A DNA stretch of 64,000 nucleotides from Podarcis cretensis (GCA_951804945.1 OX638150.1:66340001-66404000), one strand, 5' to 3'. Positions 13,356-26,572 are shown, numbered from the stretch's first letter. The notes: generated by a model from the sequence alone, not told the origin. Numbers and translations are program-made.

Positions 13356-13522
13356 CAGCTCCAGTATCATTCTAGACCAACCCCTGCAGGGGAGGAAACC
13401 CACAGCCACTGCTGTGAAAAATTGCTGACAAAGGAGAGTCCATCACCTTTCAATGAAGCGTTTCCCACTGCTGAACAGCTCATACTGCAAGGAAGTTTTT
13501 CCCCTAATGTTTTCTTAAAATA

Positions 13523-13762
13523 CAGTGGTACCTTGGGTTAAGAACTTAATTCGTTCTGGAGGTCTGTTCTTAACCTGAAACTGTTCTTAACCTGAGGTAC
13601 CACTTTAGCTAATGGGCCCTCCTGCTGCTGCCACGCCGCTGCTGCGCGATTTCTGTTCTCATCCTGAAGCAAAGTTCTTAGCCCGAGGCTATTTCTGGGT
13701 TAGCGGAGTCTGTAACCTGAAGCATCTGTAACCTGAAGCGTCTGTAACCTGAGGTACCACTG
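13523..13762. mobile_element. Tc1/mariner (Tigger-like) MITE
   Basis: TIR CAGTGGTACCT(T/C)(G/A)GGTTA, TA on the left flank. Near-identical to 42018-42232. Confidence 0.85.
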
Positions 13763-14329
13763 TCCTGTTTTTGTTATTTGAACCCATTCATTGGTTCAAG
13801 TCCTATCTGAAAGTTTTAATCTATCATACTTGCTTTAAAAGAGAAGACAGAGAAAACAGAATACTGCAGGAACTATTTTATTAATTTAAAAAGCCCACAC
13901 AACCTCATTAACACTTTTATAATTGATTTACAGTGAGGAAAGTGTCTTTTTATAGCCCTGTGTGTTATTTTTCTTCAAGAGGTAAAATGATCAAGCATTT
14001 TTAAGACTAGCTCTTCATAGTAACATTTAAGTAATTACACCTTTAATGTCTTCGTTAATACTAATCATATCCATGCTGGAATGGAATCCTCTTGAAGACC
14101 TGGCATCGACACTTTACTGCATTGCTATTAATGGAAGAGAACTTCATAACACACAGAGAATGAATAAATGGTATCTATTTTAGAAGCTGGGTCTGTTGAA
14201 TCTGTGGCCAAGCTGCTAACCAGAAGCTACTAACCAGATTTTTCTTGTCTTGTTACTTTCATTCATAGTGGGTCCAGGGGACCATTAAGATGCATGCAAG
14301 ACAAATACCATCCATTGCAAACTTTGAGA

Positions 14330-14640
14330 ATGGGGTGGAACCCTATATCAGACAATATTCTGTGGCCAGTCACTCCAAAATTGTGGGACTCTGCACCAGG
14401 AAGCAGAGTTGGCATGCTCACCATAAGGCAAAATCTTTCTAGTTTAGTCAAATATTGGTTTAATTGGCTATATAAGTTTATATCCAATGCTTTTGTTTTA
14501 ATCTGTTGCACTTGTCTCTGTTTTTATTACATTGGATTTCTGTTTTTTTTATAAAAAAATGTATTGTATTTTTTATGGTTGGGTTTAATTGTTGTACGCT
14601 GCCTTGAATATTCCATAGGCACTAGATATAATTTTTCCAA

Positions 14641-14683
<43 letters not shown>

Positions 14684-14685
14684 AT
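14330..14685 (+). mobile_element. Old L2-like 3' end with a (TAAA)n tail
   Basis: PKLWDS-like ORF end, ttgtacgctgccttga 3'UTR motif, (TAAA)n at 14638-14685. Confidence 0.5.
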
Positions 14686-17600
14686 ACAGTAGCAGTCAAT
14701 ATGTTCAGCTTCATGTTATCAGTTGAAATTTGGGCATATTTGAGTCAGCCCTAAGTGTGTTTACTGGGAGCACTATAAAAATGCTGGGTTGGTTTTTCTG
14801 CCCAGAAACCCTGAAAACACATCATGCTGAGCAGCACACATTGGGATAAGCAGAAATTAGGCCTGAGTTATAGCTCAGATAACCTGCCAGTCAGCTACCT
14901 GTAGTGTAAACGGCAGTGCTTCTGTTCCTCTAGGGCTGTTTTCATCCTTTGCCATCAAGCACCCAAGAAAAAGAAGGGAAAATAGCCACGATGATAATCA
15001 GTATAGTGAGTACTTTAAAAGAGTAAAGGATAACCGAAGGTATATATTTTTTCAAATCACTTTCAGTTTTTATCTCACCCTTCAGCAATAAGCACCCAAT
15101 TCTGCTCTACTCGTCACAATAATTGCAGAATAAACAAACTCTTACTTCTCACTGCAGGCAAACAAACATGCTTCTTTATTGCTGGCTTGGTAGAGAACAC
15201 AACTGAAGCTCAAAAGCAGAGCAAAGGAAAGTCCAAAGGGTGGAGTCTAACTCTAGCCCACAATTCAAAGTTATAATATTTAATTCTTTAAGGATCATAT
15301 AGGCTGCCTTTTTCAGACTCACTAAAGTAATCTTAGCATAATTGTGACCTGCCAAAAATCTGCCCTTAGTCAGGGAAAGTCTTGACTGAGCACACTTTTG
15401 ATGTGCACTCATCCTGCCTCATTCACTGAATTTTTCAGAGGGTCCCATTTCTCCTGTTCTTCAAGTAAGTGGTCTTTAGATGGGGGCTGTAACTGTCATG
15501 CACAAATTAAAAAGAGAATTATTATTTTTTAAATCATGTGAGCGCGCATATGAAACACAGCTCAGGGGCAGCAGCAACGCACACATTTGCCCAACCCTGG
15601 CTACAAGGCTGTATCTGTGTTCAGATTCCGTTATCCAAAGTAGCATGTCTTTGAATACTAGTTGGTGGGGAGCACAACTGGGGAGAGTGTTGTTGCACTA
15701 AGGTCCTGTTTGTGGACTTTCCATAAGCATCTAGTTGGTCAATGTGAGAACATGGCCAGATGGCTTGATCAATGGCCAGGGTTCTTCTTAGGTTCTTTTG
15801 GTTTGTTCCATGCAAAACCTGATTGACTAGCCCATAACAAGCTCCTAAAATGGCTTACCACATGAAATTGGTGCACCATAATAATAGTATCCAAGCAAAT
15901 TCACAATAAAATCTGCTGTTAAAATACAACACAGTACTGTATAAGAGCAAGATGTGTAAAAAAACCCCCAACACCCTCAGCATTCAACCCAAGCAGCGAG
16001 AGCCGTCCTAAATAGCTCCTTTTTATAAGCTACATAAGGACTTAAAAGAAATCAGTCACACACATTTTCTTCGGAGGGGAGTTCCAGACTGAAAAGTGCC
16101 TAGATCTTGCCACAACTATTCAGACACCTGAAAATGAGGGCATGAACAAGGCTTCTTTAGCAGATCTTCAAGTATGATGTGAGAGAAGACAATCCTAACT
16201 CCACAAATTGCCCTTTGATGATGTGAATCAATGGGATATATTTCCAACCAAGTGTGCTCACAACTGTGATAAGAGTTATTGAATAGTATCCGATGACTAA
16301 ATCCAATTATTGGGGGACCAGCATGAATAGCAAAACTGCTTCATGGTTTCTTGATTTTTTTACTGATTATCTGAGCTACTTTGCATGAATCAGTATAGCA
16401 TTTTTTGTGTACTGTGAGGGAGCCTGGGTGCCAAAAGTACCACAGACAGAAGAGTTATTGCACCCCGGGATGGAAGCAGGATGCATAAGTAGGCTGGCGT
16501 CTGTAGTCAGGAGGCTAAACAAAAAACTTCATTGTTTTTCTTAAATAGCAATGGAATAGCAACAGGACACTTTAAATTCCACCAATATACAATTAAGTCC
16601 AGCACCACTTAGTGACTAAATTATATAATGACACTATCCACAGAGGCCTGCACTGTTGACTGCATATCCCATGATGCATTGCTGCTTGCTGCTTAGTTGA
16701 CCATAGACAAAACTACAGCATAGCACAGTACAGTGTACTTTATTGTGCACTAGAGTGGTGCTATCTTATACTGTGGACTTGACAGTTGCTGCAGTCCTCC
16801 CCACCCTTCACAGGAAAAGTGTCAGCCACCATTGCACTGTACCAAAGGTACAGCTTTCTGTCATTATATAAAATATTTGGAATGGGGAGGCCTTTCTGCT
16901 CCTTATTAATTACGTGCTGGAGAGGATTTTAGACTGAATGAGGTGCTTTCTCCAAATCATCTTGGAACAATCCATGTTTTCTCCATTCCAGTATATGAAT
17001 GCCAGTGTAATACAGGCTACTCGACACTTAACACTGCTGCATTTATGAATGATTTATTCAGTCATTTAAACTGCTCATCAGCAACAATTGCAGATGCACT
17101 CAGCACATTGGTCATCTCATTCTAAATGACTTTATTGAATCTATTTTAGTCATTTGTAGCCCATTTGGCAATACTGAAAAATAAAATCAATCCTAAAGTA
17201 TTGACAAATCTTTACTTTCCGGCAACATGAATATGCTGTATCACAAGAGCAAAGGTTCTCTGCATGCCAGCAGTCTTACTGCAGTGCCAAATATTGAAGA
17301 GTCAATGATTACAAGTCCTTGAACATTCTTCTTTCTTTTCAGCATATAACGGAAGTGTGCCATAATTACAAATTCCTCTCCAGGCTGCTAATGTGAATGC
17401 TGTTTATACAAGGGATGGAATTAAATGGTCCATTCCAAGTTTTCTTTAGGTTCCATTTCAGGAAAAAAGCAGGCCACCCCAGTAGTCTAACTATGCTGCT
17501 TATGCCCTGTTCGCAGCCAAAACTCAGAAATAGCAAGTGGTGTCTCCTTTTCAACCCCCCCCCCTCATCACTGTGACAAGAGTGCACTGGGGAAATGATA

Positions 17601-19610
17601 AACTGTGATTAAGTCTGGACCTGTCAAAACAAAAGAACCCCCTTTCTTCTACAGCCCTCCTTCTGTGTGCTACCCTACCCTAGTGAGTTTGGTTTCATTT
17701 TCTGAAAAAGGGAAAGAAAACAACAACATTTCACTGTATGGAAAAACTGAGCAACACGTGTCCTGGCTCCCACTCATGGATGCAGTATTATAATTTCAGC
17801 TCAACTACTGCAGAAGACAGAGACAGGTGTATGGGAGCATGACCATTGCAGTCACATCAGGTGTGGAGCCTCTGAGGTACCTCAGCAGACACCACAACTA
17901 TGACAGAGTTTGGCGTCACACAGGGCACCACCGAAATTTGAGATGCCAAGATCTGCCACTGCCGAAGGTTTTATTTCAAAATTTACTCCAATGCCCAAAC
18001 GTAGATGCAGTTATAGGTTACATGGTTCAGAAGTTCATAGGAGAGTTTTAAAGTGCATGGCTAGGCACAAGCTAAGACATTGCACCCTGAGCTCCCCTTT
18101 TGAAGAGCAGGTTGTGCACAATTATTCACATGGTTGTAATCCCAAGGCATGGCAAGTGAGCAGTCTGGCGAGTAGCTGAGACTTCATGCTGGTGCAGTCA
18201 TTGCCACGTCCTTGGCAATGAAGATGAGATGGCTGGCTCCTTATCTAATCTGGTCTCAGGTTCGTCCCCAGGGGTGGGGATAACTTCACTGATGAGAGGC
18301 AGTGTTGGAGTTGCGCCACACAACTCTACCGCCACCTTAAAGTCATCCAATGACACTGAGGCAGGACTCCTGACAACCCGCTTGGGTCCTCTCCAGCATC
18401 CAGATCAGTGCTTCCCAAACCACAGAGTCCTTCTGCAACGTCCAACTCCACATTCTCACCTGAAATTTCCTCCCCCCTGACCAACCCTGCCAAGAGGTTT
18501 CTATGGGGCTCACAACAACATGGGTGGTTGGTACTTCCTGATCTGTCTAGATGCACCTTGTTAATGCCATGATTCAATTTGGTAACATGAAACACTATCC
18601 CAAACAACCCACATTCTCCTAATTATTTAGGATACACATAAAACTGATGCCGACTCCTAGCAGTTACCATTTGGACTGATGGTGTACTAATAGTGTGCAA
18701 GTCTTGTCCTGGCTTCCTTTTTTCTGTGTAGCTCTGCTTATGGTATTCATAAGGAGCAGATAGAGAAATATGTTTCACTCTTTCTCTGACAGAGACAATT
18801 ACTAGTTCCTTATTATATACGCTGCCTTATCCTCCCCTGAACAACCATGCCTTTCCTTCCCAGTAGATAAGCAAGGTACTTAACCCATAGCACTTAATTC
18901 TCCAATCCTGTGGCATTTTCACCTGTTGCCTTTTTGTTACCAGATGCATGTCTCTCTGATTGACAGAGTGACTAATCCACTATAACCATGTTTTCATAAT
19001 TAGTCCCTCTGAGCTATCAGTGACAGCTCTTCTGCATAAGTAAACTGCAGCTCGCTAGAATATGTGTTTAGTCCCTGACAGCTAAGTGCAAAGGAAGCAT
19101 CAGCCACAACAGTCAGAAAAGTTGTTGGGAGTTGTTTTCTTTTGCCGTGTCTTCCATAACTCCTCTGTTGATAACTGTGATAGCAACAAGAACTGGGCTC
19201 TTATCAAGACTGGCACAAGTCTCCACCCAGAAATCTCACTGGTAGGCAGTGATAACCGGATGCTCTGGAAGGTGATTATCTCCTACCTACAGTGCACAGT
19301 ACTATACAGTTTAGAACAGATTCAGTGACCTGGATCCTTTATTTGAGGGAAATGGTAAAGGAAGAGAACAATCGGAAAACAGATAAGCAGGTGGTGGACA
19401 GTTGTAGATTAGCTAGCCAGATTTACCCACCAGTTCTGCCCATGTTTTGAAATGGAGGTTAACAGTCCTTTCCCACAACACATAGGCTGGAGAAACCTCT
19501 AAGCCAAGTCCATTTTGACACTGCAGAGATTATGCCAAGCCCCAGTCTCCAGCTGAGTGCTGCAACTCCTGATTTACTAATATGAACAGCACAATTCATT
19601 TATTTATATA

Positions 19611-19790
19611 NNNNNNNNNNNNNNNNNNNNNNNNNNNNNNNNNNNNNNNNNNNNNNNNNNNNNNNNNNNNNNNNNNNNNNNNNNNNNNNNNNNNNNNNNN
19701 NNNNNNNNNNNNNNNNNNNNNNNNNNNNNNNNNNNNNNNNNNNNNNNNNNNNNNNNNNNNNNNNNNNNNNNNNNNNNNNNNNNNNNNNNN
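19611..19790. other. Assembly gap (180 N)
   Basis: Run of N. Confidence 1.
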
Positions 19791-21077
19791 GTGGTGGGGT
19801 TTATGGGTTGGTAATGTTCTTGATCTTGTTTTTATTATGTACTTCGTGTTTTTATTTTGTATTTTTATACTGTGAAACACTCTGAGAACTACAGATGAAG
19901 GGCATTAAACTAACTAACTAACTAACTGACTGACTAACTAAATCTCAGAGAGGTTTGCAATAGATCAGCAGGGGTTTCTGACTCACAACTGTCTAACAAA
20001 GTACTATCTAAAAATAGTTTTTCCCTATCCTAAATTAGGCTTCTGAAACAAAGAATGCTTGGGAGAAAACAAGAAGGGGTCTTTTGTTTGTTTGTTTTGA
20101 CTGTGCTGAGCATGTGCTCTAAAGTACTCTGCTCCTCATTCCAAAAACATGTCTTCTTGAGCCACTATTTTTCACCTGATTCCAGTAGGTGGATGTCAGG
20201 GTTCTAGAAAAGAATAAAGAAGACTTCACAAGGCTAAGCCTAAAATTTGCCCACTCCTATTTTAGCAGAAGGAGTCAGAAGCTTCCCATAGCATGCACAG
20301 CATCTCATCAGCCAGAGGTGGCTGCAACTTCTCCAACAGAAACTTGCAGTAGGATCTTGGCAATTCATCAGCTCTTTCATGTACCAAGTGTGAACACTGA
20401 AAAACAAACAGCAAACCTAGTCATATTAACATGTTTACTCTCTCCCATTTCTGTATTAATTTACACTTTTAAAAAATATCCCCACAAAAAACATTCATAT
20501 ATATAAAATATTATTTTGGGCCAGTTTTCTGGGCAAATTGCCCATCCAAATGGGTTTACAATAAAAATGACAAAAGATTAAAAGAGTAATGCAAAAAATT
20601 CCAAAATAAATATACAACTCAACAAAATTCCACTTAAAAATAAACAAAGAACTGAAAAAATCATAATTCAACCAAACCATCGCCGAGCTGATAAACATCA
20701 TACCTGAAGGCCAATTCAAAAACATAGGTCTTCAGGTCTTTCCCCAAACTGTGCAACAATGTATTTTTGAATTTCTTTTTTGATAACATACACATTTCTA
20801 AATATATTTTAAGTATGTATTTCTAAATATACTTCATTTAAAAATATGCATCTCACATGCATTTCAGTACATTTTGGAGTCAAAAACTCCATCACAAAAT
20901 TCTGAGAAGTGCAGAATCCAACTGCATTCTGACCCACATTTTTACAAATCCAGAATGTATGTTGCAGGTCAGTTCATAATACAATTGGCAACCAACAAAT
21001 CCCTTAATAACATTAATCCCTGCTGTCCCTAATAAATTTTAATCAATGTTTGATAAACAGTTTTTCCTTCTAAAGAA

Positions 21078-21191
21078 ATATTTCATGCGAAACAGACATT
21101 TCACACTTCAGCATTACATCTTTCTTTAGGATATAAAATCCTAATGAGAGATTAATACTGAAATGTGAAACATCTGTTTTGTGTGTAATAT
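21078..21191. repeat. Imperfect 114-bp palindrome (fold-back element)
   Basis: ~55-nt arms, about 80% complementary, around the loop ATAAA (21133-21137). Confidence 0.8.
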
Positions 21192-22254
21192 GCACAAAAG
21201 GTGTAAATATGATATTCTGCTTGAATGCATGCCTATTATGCCTGTGAAGCCCTGTCTGGTGGAGGAAACTTTGTTATAGAGGCAGATTGTGTGTGTGGTC
21301 TGTGCCTCTATTTACTGCAAAATACACGCTGTCATCACTGTCTGAAGTGTAAAGTGGCTCTCATGTATAGGGAAGCCTACAATCCCTTGGGGGTATAGCA
21401 TCTCTGTGGGTTGTTATCTGTCTTTGTATGGTGTGTCCCAGATTAGGTCATGACACTTCAGCTACAAATCCTGTTGTCCATTTCTTAAAACCCCTTTAAG
21501 TTCCTGTAGAAAGCTCAGCACGGATGAGCAATTCTGAAGTGGAGAGTTTACTTCAGGCCTGTATCATCAGATCTGTTAACTACTGAACGATGTGCCCTGA
21601 CAGCGACAATTCAGCCGGCGACAGAAATGTGACATTTACCTGAATTGTCTATTTGTTCTGTTCCTCCTCCTGTAGATCAGGAAGCGGGGAGAACCTGAGC
21701 ATTTCTTTCAGTGTTTCAGGTCAGCATTCATCATACAGAGAGGCTTTTGGGAGGTGAAATGGCTAAGCCACTTGTATCAACAGATGCATCGACATGTCCT
21801 CAAAGAGACACATCAATATTGAACAACAAAGGTGACCACTGACATGTAACGCAAGCACATTGAAGTGTGTCGGGGGAAATAATGCAGCCTGGCACACCAG
21901 TGTGTCAGAGGATTTTGAACAACACCTGCCTGCAGCTGCCACTTGATTGGGGTTAGCAGTAGATGCCAAAGCTAACAGAGAAAAACTTTCTTGTGAATAA
22001 TGAATGCATATTAGCGTGGTCAGAGGCCAAAAGTAGCCAATAATTTCAATGGGTTTTGTTTGTGTATTCCTGCTTCTAGCCCATCAACTATTTTAGGAGG
22101 GGAAAAATACAAGGAAAATGGCAATACCGTATTGAATAGATATAGATTACTAGGTAAAGGTAAAGGTAAAGGACCCCTGGATGGTTAAGTCCAGACAAAT
22201 ACGACTATGGGGTTGCAGTGCTCATCTCACATTCAGGCTGAGGGAGCCGGCATT

Positions 22255-23282
22255 CAGGGGCTTAGGAAAGGGGGTGGGTGGGACGCGAGACGTACCAAGT
22301 GCCATCATGGAGGGGGGTGATAAATTATCAAGGAACAATTACTGCCCTACTAGGGCGGTTCGTAAAAAACTTTTTTTAAAAAATGCCTGCTATAAAGGTC
22401 TTATCTTACTACACTAGAGATTATATAGCTATATATGAAATTACATGCATATCACTTAATATCTGTGACCCTCCTCCACGAAAATAGCTGTTTACTTGGC
22501 ACTTTTCCTATGTTGTGAAGGCTGAAATTTCAATTCAGTGGAGCAGGTTCAAGATATTAACTGATACGCATGAAATTTCAGCTACAGCTATATATTCCCC
22601 AGTTTAGTAAGATAAGACCTTTGGAGCAGGCATATATTTTTTAAAAAAATAAATGTTTTTTATGAACCGCCCTGCTGCCCTACCCTCCGCTGGGCTTCCC
22701 GGGTCCTGGAAAGTCGGCCTATGTGAAGAAAATGAGACTAGGCTGAGTAGATTAGATAATACAGAGCATGGTGAAATCACAATAAATAAAACCTCCCCTT
22801 CAGTAGTTTCAAGCACTACTACAGGTTCCACATAATATCTGTACTGCATTGTTTACTGTGACAGCACCTGCACTTTGGAACTCCCCGTCTATTGCAACAA
22901 AGCACGTGCCTTTGCTAGACTCTTTTCGGGCACCTGCTAAAAGCATTCTTCTTTAGGCAAGCATACCTAGATGCTTAGGAAGTTGAAGTAATTTTAATCT
23001 TAATATTTTAGCTTTTGTATGTTTTAAAGGAGGTTTGTTAATTTTTCTTGATTTTACTGCTGTGGTGTTTTTTGTTTTGGTAAACCACTTTTCAGGTTTT
23101 TTAAAATAAATTTTATTAAATAAATAAACAATAAATATAAATAAAACAACACAAGCCAAAACACAACCCATCCTGTAGATGTAAGTATCTGTCCATAGTC
23201 ACCTACTTGTTATCAGAGGCCCAGAATCCACATTCCTTTGTAAGAAAATATAAAATAACGTAAAACCATTTTTGCAGGCAAA

Positions 23283-23317
<35 letters not shown>

Positions 23318-23386
23318 ATATCAATAGGGGGGTGTGTGACAAGAAATTTTCCACACTGGGTACCACCTGACCTTCCTATGCCTCTG
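22255..23386. mobile_element. Non-autonomous hAT-type DNA transposon (~1.13 kb)
   Basis: TIRs CAGGGGCTTAGGAA / rc CAGAGGCATAGGAA. 8-bp TSD ccggcatt (22247-22254) / ccggcgtt (23387-23394), differing by one CpG transition. Confidence 0.8.
22351..22674. mobile_element. 324-bp MITE with a 9-bp TSD, nested in the hAT element
   Basis: TIRs TAGGGCGGTTCGTAAAAAAC / rc CAGGGCGGTTCATAAAAAAC. Exact CTGCCCTAC at 22342-22350 and 22675-22683. Confidence 0.85.
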
Positions 23387-26301
23387 CCGGCGTTTGTCCA
23401 CAGACAGCTTTCCGGGTCATGTGGCCAGCATGACTAAACCGCTTCTGGCACAATGGAACACTGTGACGGAAACCAGAGTGCACAGAAACACCATTTACCT
23501 TCCTGCCGCAGCGGTACCTGTTTATCTACTTGCACTGGCATGCTTTTGAACTGCTAGGTTGGCAGGAGCTGGGACAGAGCAACAGGAGTTCATCCCATCG
23601 TGGGGATTTGAACCGCTGACCTTCCAATCGGCAAGCCCAAGAGGCTCAGTGGCTTAGACCACAGTGCCACCCTGAACTAGTGTTTCTCTTTGTGTTTTGA
23701 GGGCCAACTTCACCTCATGGTGAGGGAACCACCAAAAAGGCCCTTGGAGCTGGATCTCAGTGTCTGTGCTGAACAAAGCGCCTGGAGACTCTCCTTCGTG
23801 TATACAGGGCCAAAGCCATTGGCTTGTCTGCTGACCAAGAAAATCTCTGTCATGTTTGCTTCTGATACTGCAGGAATTGATTAGGTATTCATTTCCACTT
23901 TCAAGTTCTATATATGAGATTGCAAATGTATTGATTAAAGCAGTTCCAGCCTGATCCTACGCATGTTTCCTTGCGTAAGTCCCACTGAGTTGAATGGGAC
24001 TCCAAAGTAAACGAAGACAGGATTACTTGCTTGACAAACTTAATTAAGAAGTATTGTTTCTACTCCCCCCATTACTTCGTCAAGCAGAAAGGCGCCCATC
24101 TAGTTAGTGATTTACCATTACTGACACAAAATTAACAGCTCGCAGTCTAGCAGTGCAAAAGGTGGTTGTTATTAGATGAACATCACTGCTGAAAGGCCAC
24201 AGGGAACCAAAGAAAGCAATCTAGCTACAAGCTTCCACAAACCCATCTCTCAGCCTTCCATGTTGCAAAAAGATCTGAATAAAGATAACAGCAGCAGACA
24301 TTTAATTAGCTGTGTTACGTCGTTTAAATTATCCTCCAAAGAAGGGGAAGTAATTTTTGTCCCCTGTCTTCGTTGGAACATGCCTAGAATAGAACAGCAG
24401 CTCTCATGGCTGACGTATCCTCCATTACAAGGAAGAAAACTTTTCTGTAAGAAATGAAGAGGCCTAAAACAGATTGCATGAGTGAGAACTATAGATTGAA
24501 CTGTAGGAATGAGGTTACTTTGTAAGTTGATATTGTTTGCAATTCAGAAGAGTACACTGAATATCTGCACATACATACCAGTGGAGGCTGCTCAATTGTG
24601 GCAAAAGCTAAGTCTCCTCACCACCCCCACCCCACCCCCACTTGTGTGTCTTTTTACAACTAAAGTGGCACTGGCTGTCAGCCTCCTCCTCCTCCTCCTC
24701 CTCCTCCTCCTTAGTCTCAGTGTTGCCCTCAAAGAACTCAGCAGGGAGGAGGATGGGGACAAAACCAGAATGAGTTGGTTCTGGCTCTAACAGTTGTTTG
24801 CTCTGGTGCCACCTACTGTTGGTCTCCATGCCATTTGCGTTACCATTTCCCAAAGAACACCTGTCTCCACTGATACACACTAGAGAATATGTCTCAAATT
24901 GTATTGTGCTTGTGGCAATGAAACCTTGCTACAAATCTCATGGAAAGACTCAAAACTCCCCCCCCCCATCTAGTGGTGGGAAAGAGACATCACCTGGAAA
25001 ATTGACAGAAGGACCACTTAACTTGCATAGATGGGTGGGGCCTAAAATGTAAAGCACTTGCAAAATTAAGCTGCAACACAGCTTGGGCACATACTATGAA
25101 CACATTGCTTATGCAACACGATACACATTGGGGCAAAACCCCTAACTTAATCTGAGAATTGTAATCTTATTGAAGCACCAGTTGCTCAGTGCCTCTGAAG
25201 GCTTTTAACTGGGGTACTTTATCAGCTTCTGATAACAGCAGATTGAGAGGGAAACATTTTGGGTTCACTTTCTTTAGATATTGTCTCTATAGCACTTCAG
25301 TGGAACCAGTGACTTCAGTTTGCACAAACACCAATCTTTTAACTCAATAGGTCAGTAATAGGTCAGTATTTGATGCATCAGCCAACAGCAGGCATCACAT
25401 AGAAGCAAAAGCTAGTCTGTAACTGGATCTGTATGATGCAACCTTATACATGTTTACTCTGAAGTAAGTAAATTGTGTTTAATGGAGCTTATTTCAAGGA
25501 AAGTGCAGCCTTTCAGCTTGGCCTCCATTCTTTGACATGAGGCTGATTTGCATAAATTCCTGGCAACTTTTCCTAGACTCTGATGGGCCCTGTAAGAACC
25601 GTACATTAAAGCCATTTAAGTTGGAATCATAACCGATTGACTGGATATGATTTTTTAAAAATTTTATGGTGTAGTAAAGCATATTCCTCACTGCCACCCA
25701 GACTTGCCTTGGAGCCTGCAGTGGATTTTATTCTATTACTGGCGATCTGGATTGTGGATGAAGATGTGAAATGGAAATCACTTGTGGGATGCTCTTTTAT
25801 CTGTGTGGCATCTTTATTTCCATATGGCTATCATACCAGGGGTGCAGAAAACCCACTGTGCCCTTTAACAGAGCTCTTTGCTTTTGATGTAGATGGATGC
25901 AGGCTTTCTTCTTTCTTTTGATTTGCATCCAGTTGTGCATAGAAATATGGTACCTTTATCAAAGTTATGCTTTTGACAGCAGCCTGATACTCAGAAATTA
26001 ACCTGCAGACATTTCCCCCTTCATTTTGTCTCCATGCTACGTTACAGGATGAGAGCCCCTAAATCAATTAAAGACCCTCCTGGCTGCAATGCCATCTGGA
26101 CTATACCCCACCCACTGCCTTTACCAGCCAGTGGGAATTAAAGAACAGAATTGTAGTTCCCTGAGAAAGCCCAGACGTTCACACATGCCTAAGCACAGAT
26201 TTCTGTGTCTGCAGCTAGCATGAGAAAGGGAAAAACTCATTCCCCAACAGACTCAATGACCAGCAGTCTGGGCACTAGACTTGGAAATCAGAGTTCCTTC
26301 T

Positions 26302-26572
26302 GAAGAAGGAGGAGGAGGAGGAGGAGGAGGAGGAGTTTGGATTTGATATCCCGCTTTATCACTACCCTAAGGAGTCTCAAAGCGGCTAACAATCTCCTTT
26401 CCCTTCCTCTCCCACAACAAACACTCTGTGAGGTGAGTGGGGCTGAGAGACTTCAGAGAAGTGTGACTGGCTCAAGGTCACCCAGTAGCTGCATGTGGAG
26501 GAGCGGAGACGCGAACCCGGTTCCCCAGATTATGAGTCTACCACTCTTAACCACTACACCACGCTGGCTCTC
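26302..26572 (-). mobile_element. Squam3/POM-type SINE
   Basis: Reverse complement of the 5746 and 50878 copies, with a (GGA/GAA)n tail. Confidence 0.88.

Larger units (their letters stand above)
22153..23673 (-). mobile_element. Squam1 SINE split by a hAT element (halves 22153-22254 and 23387-23673)
   Basis: (GGTAAA)n tail on the left, tRNA head on the right. The halves rejoin at ccggc(a/g)tt. Confidence 0.88.

Noticed and set aside
19582-19880. ORFs spanning X runs
   Set aside because: Artefacts of the N gap.
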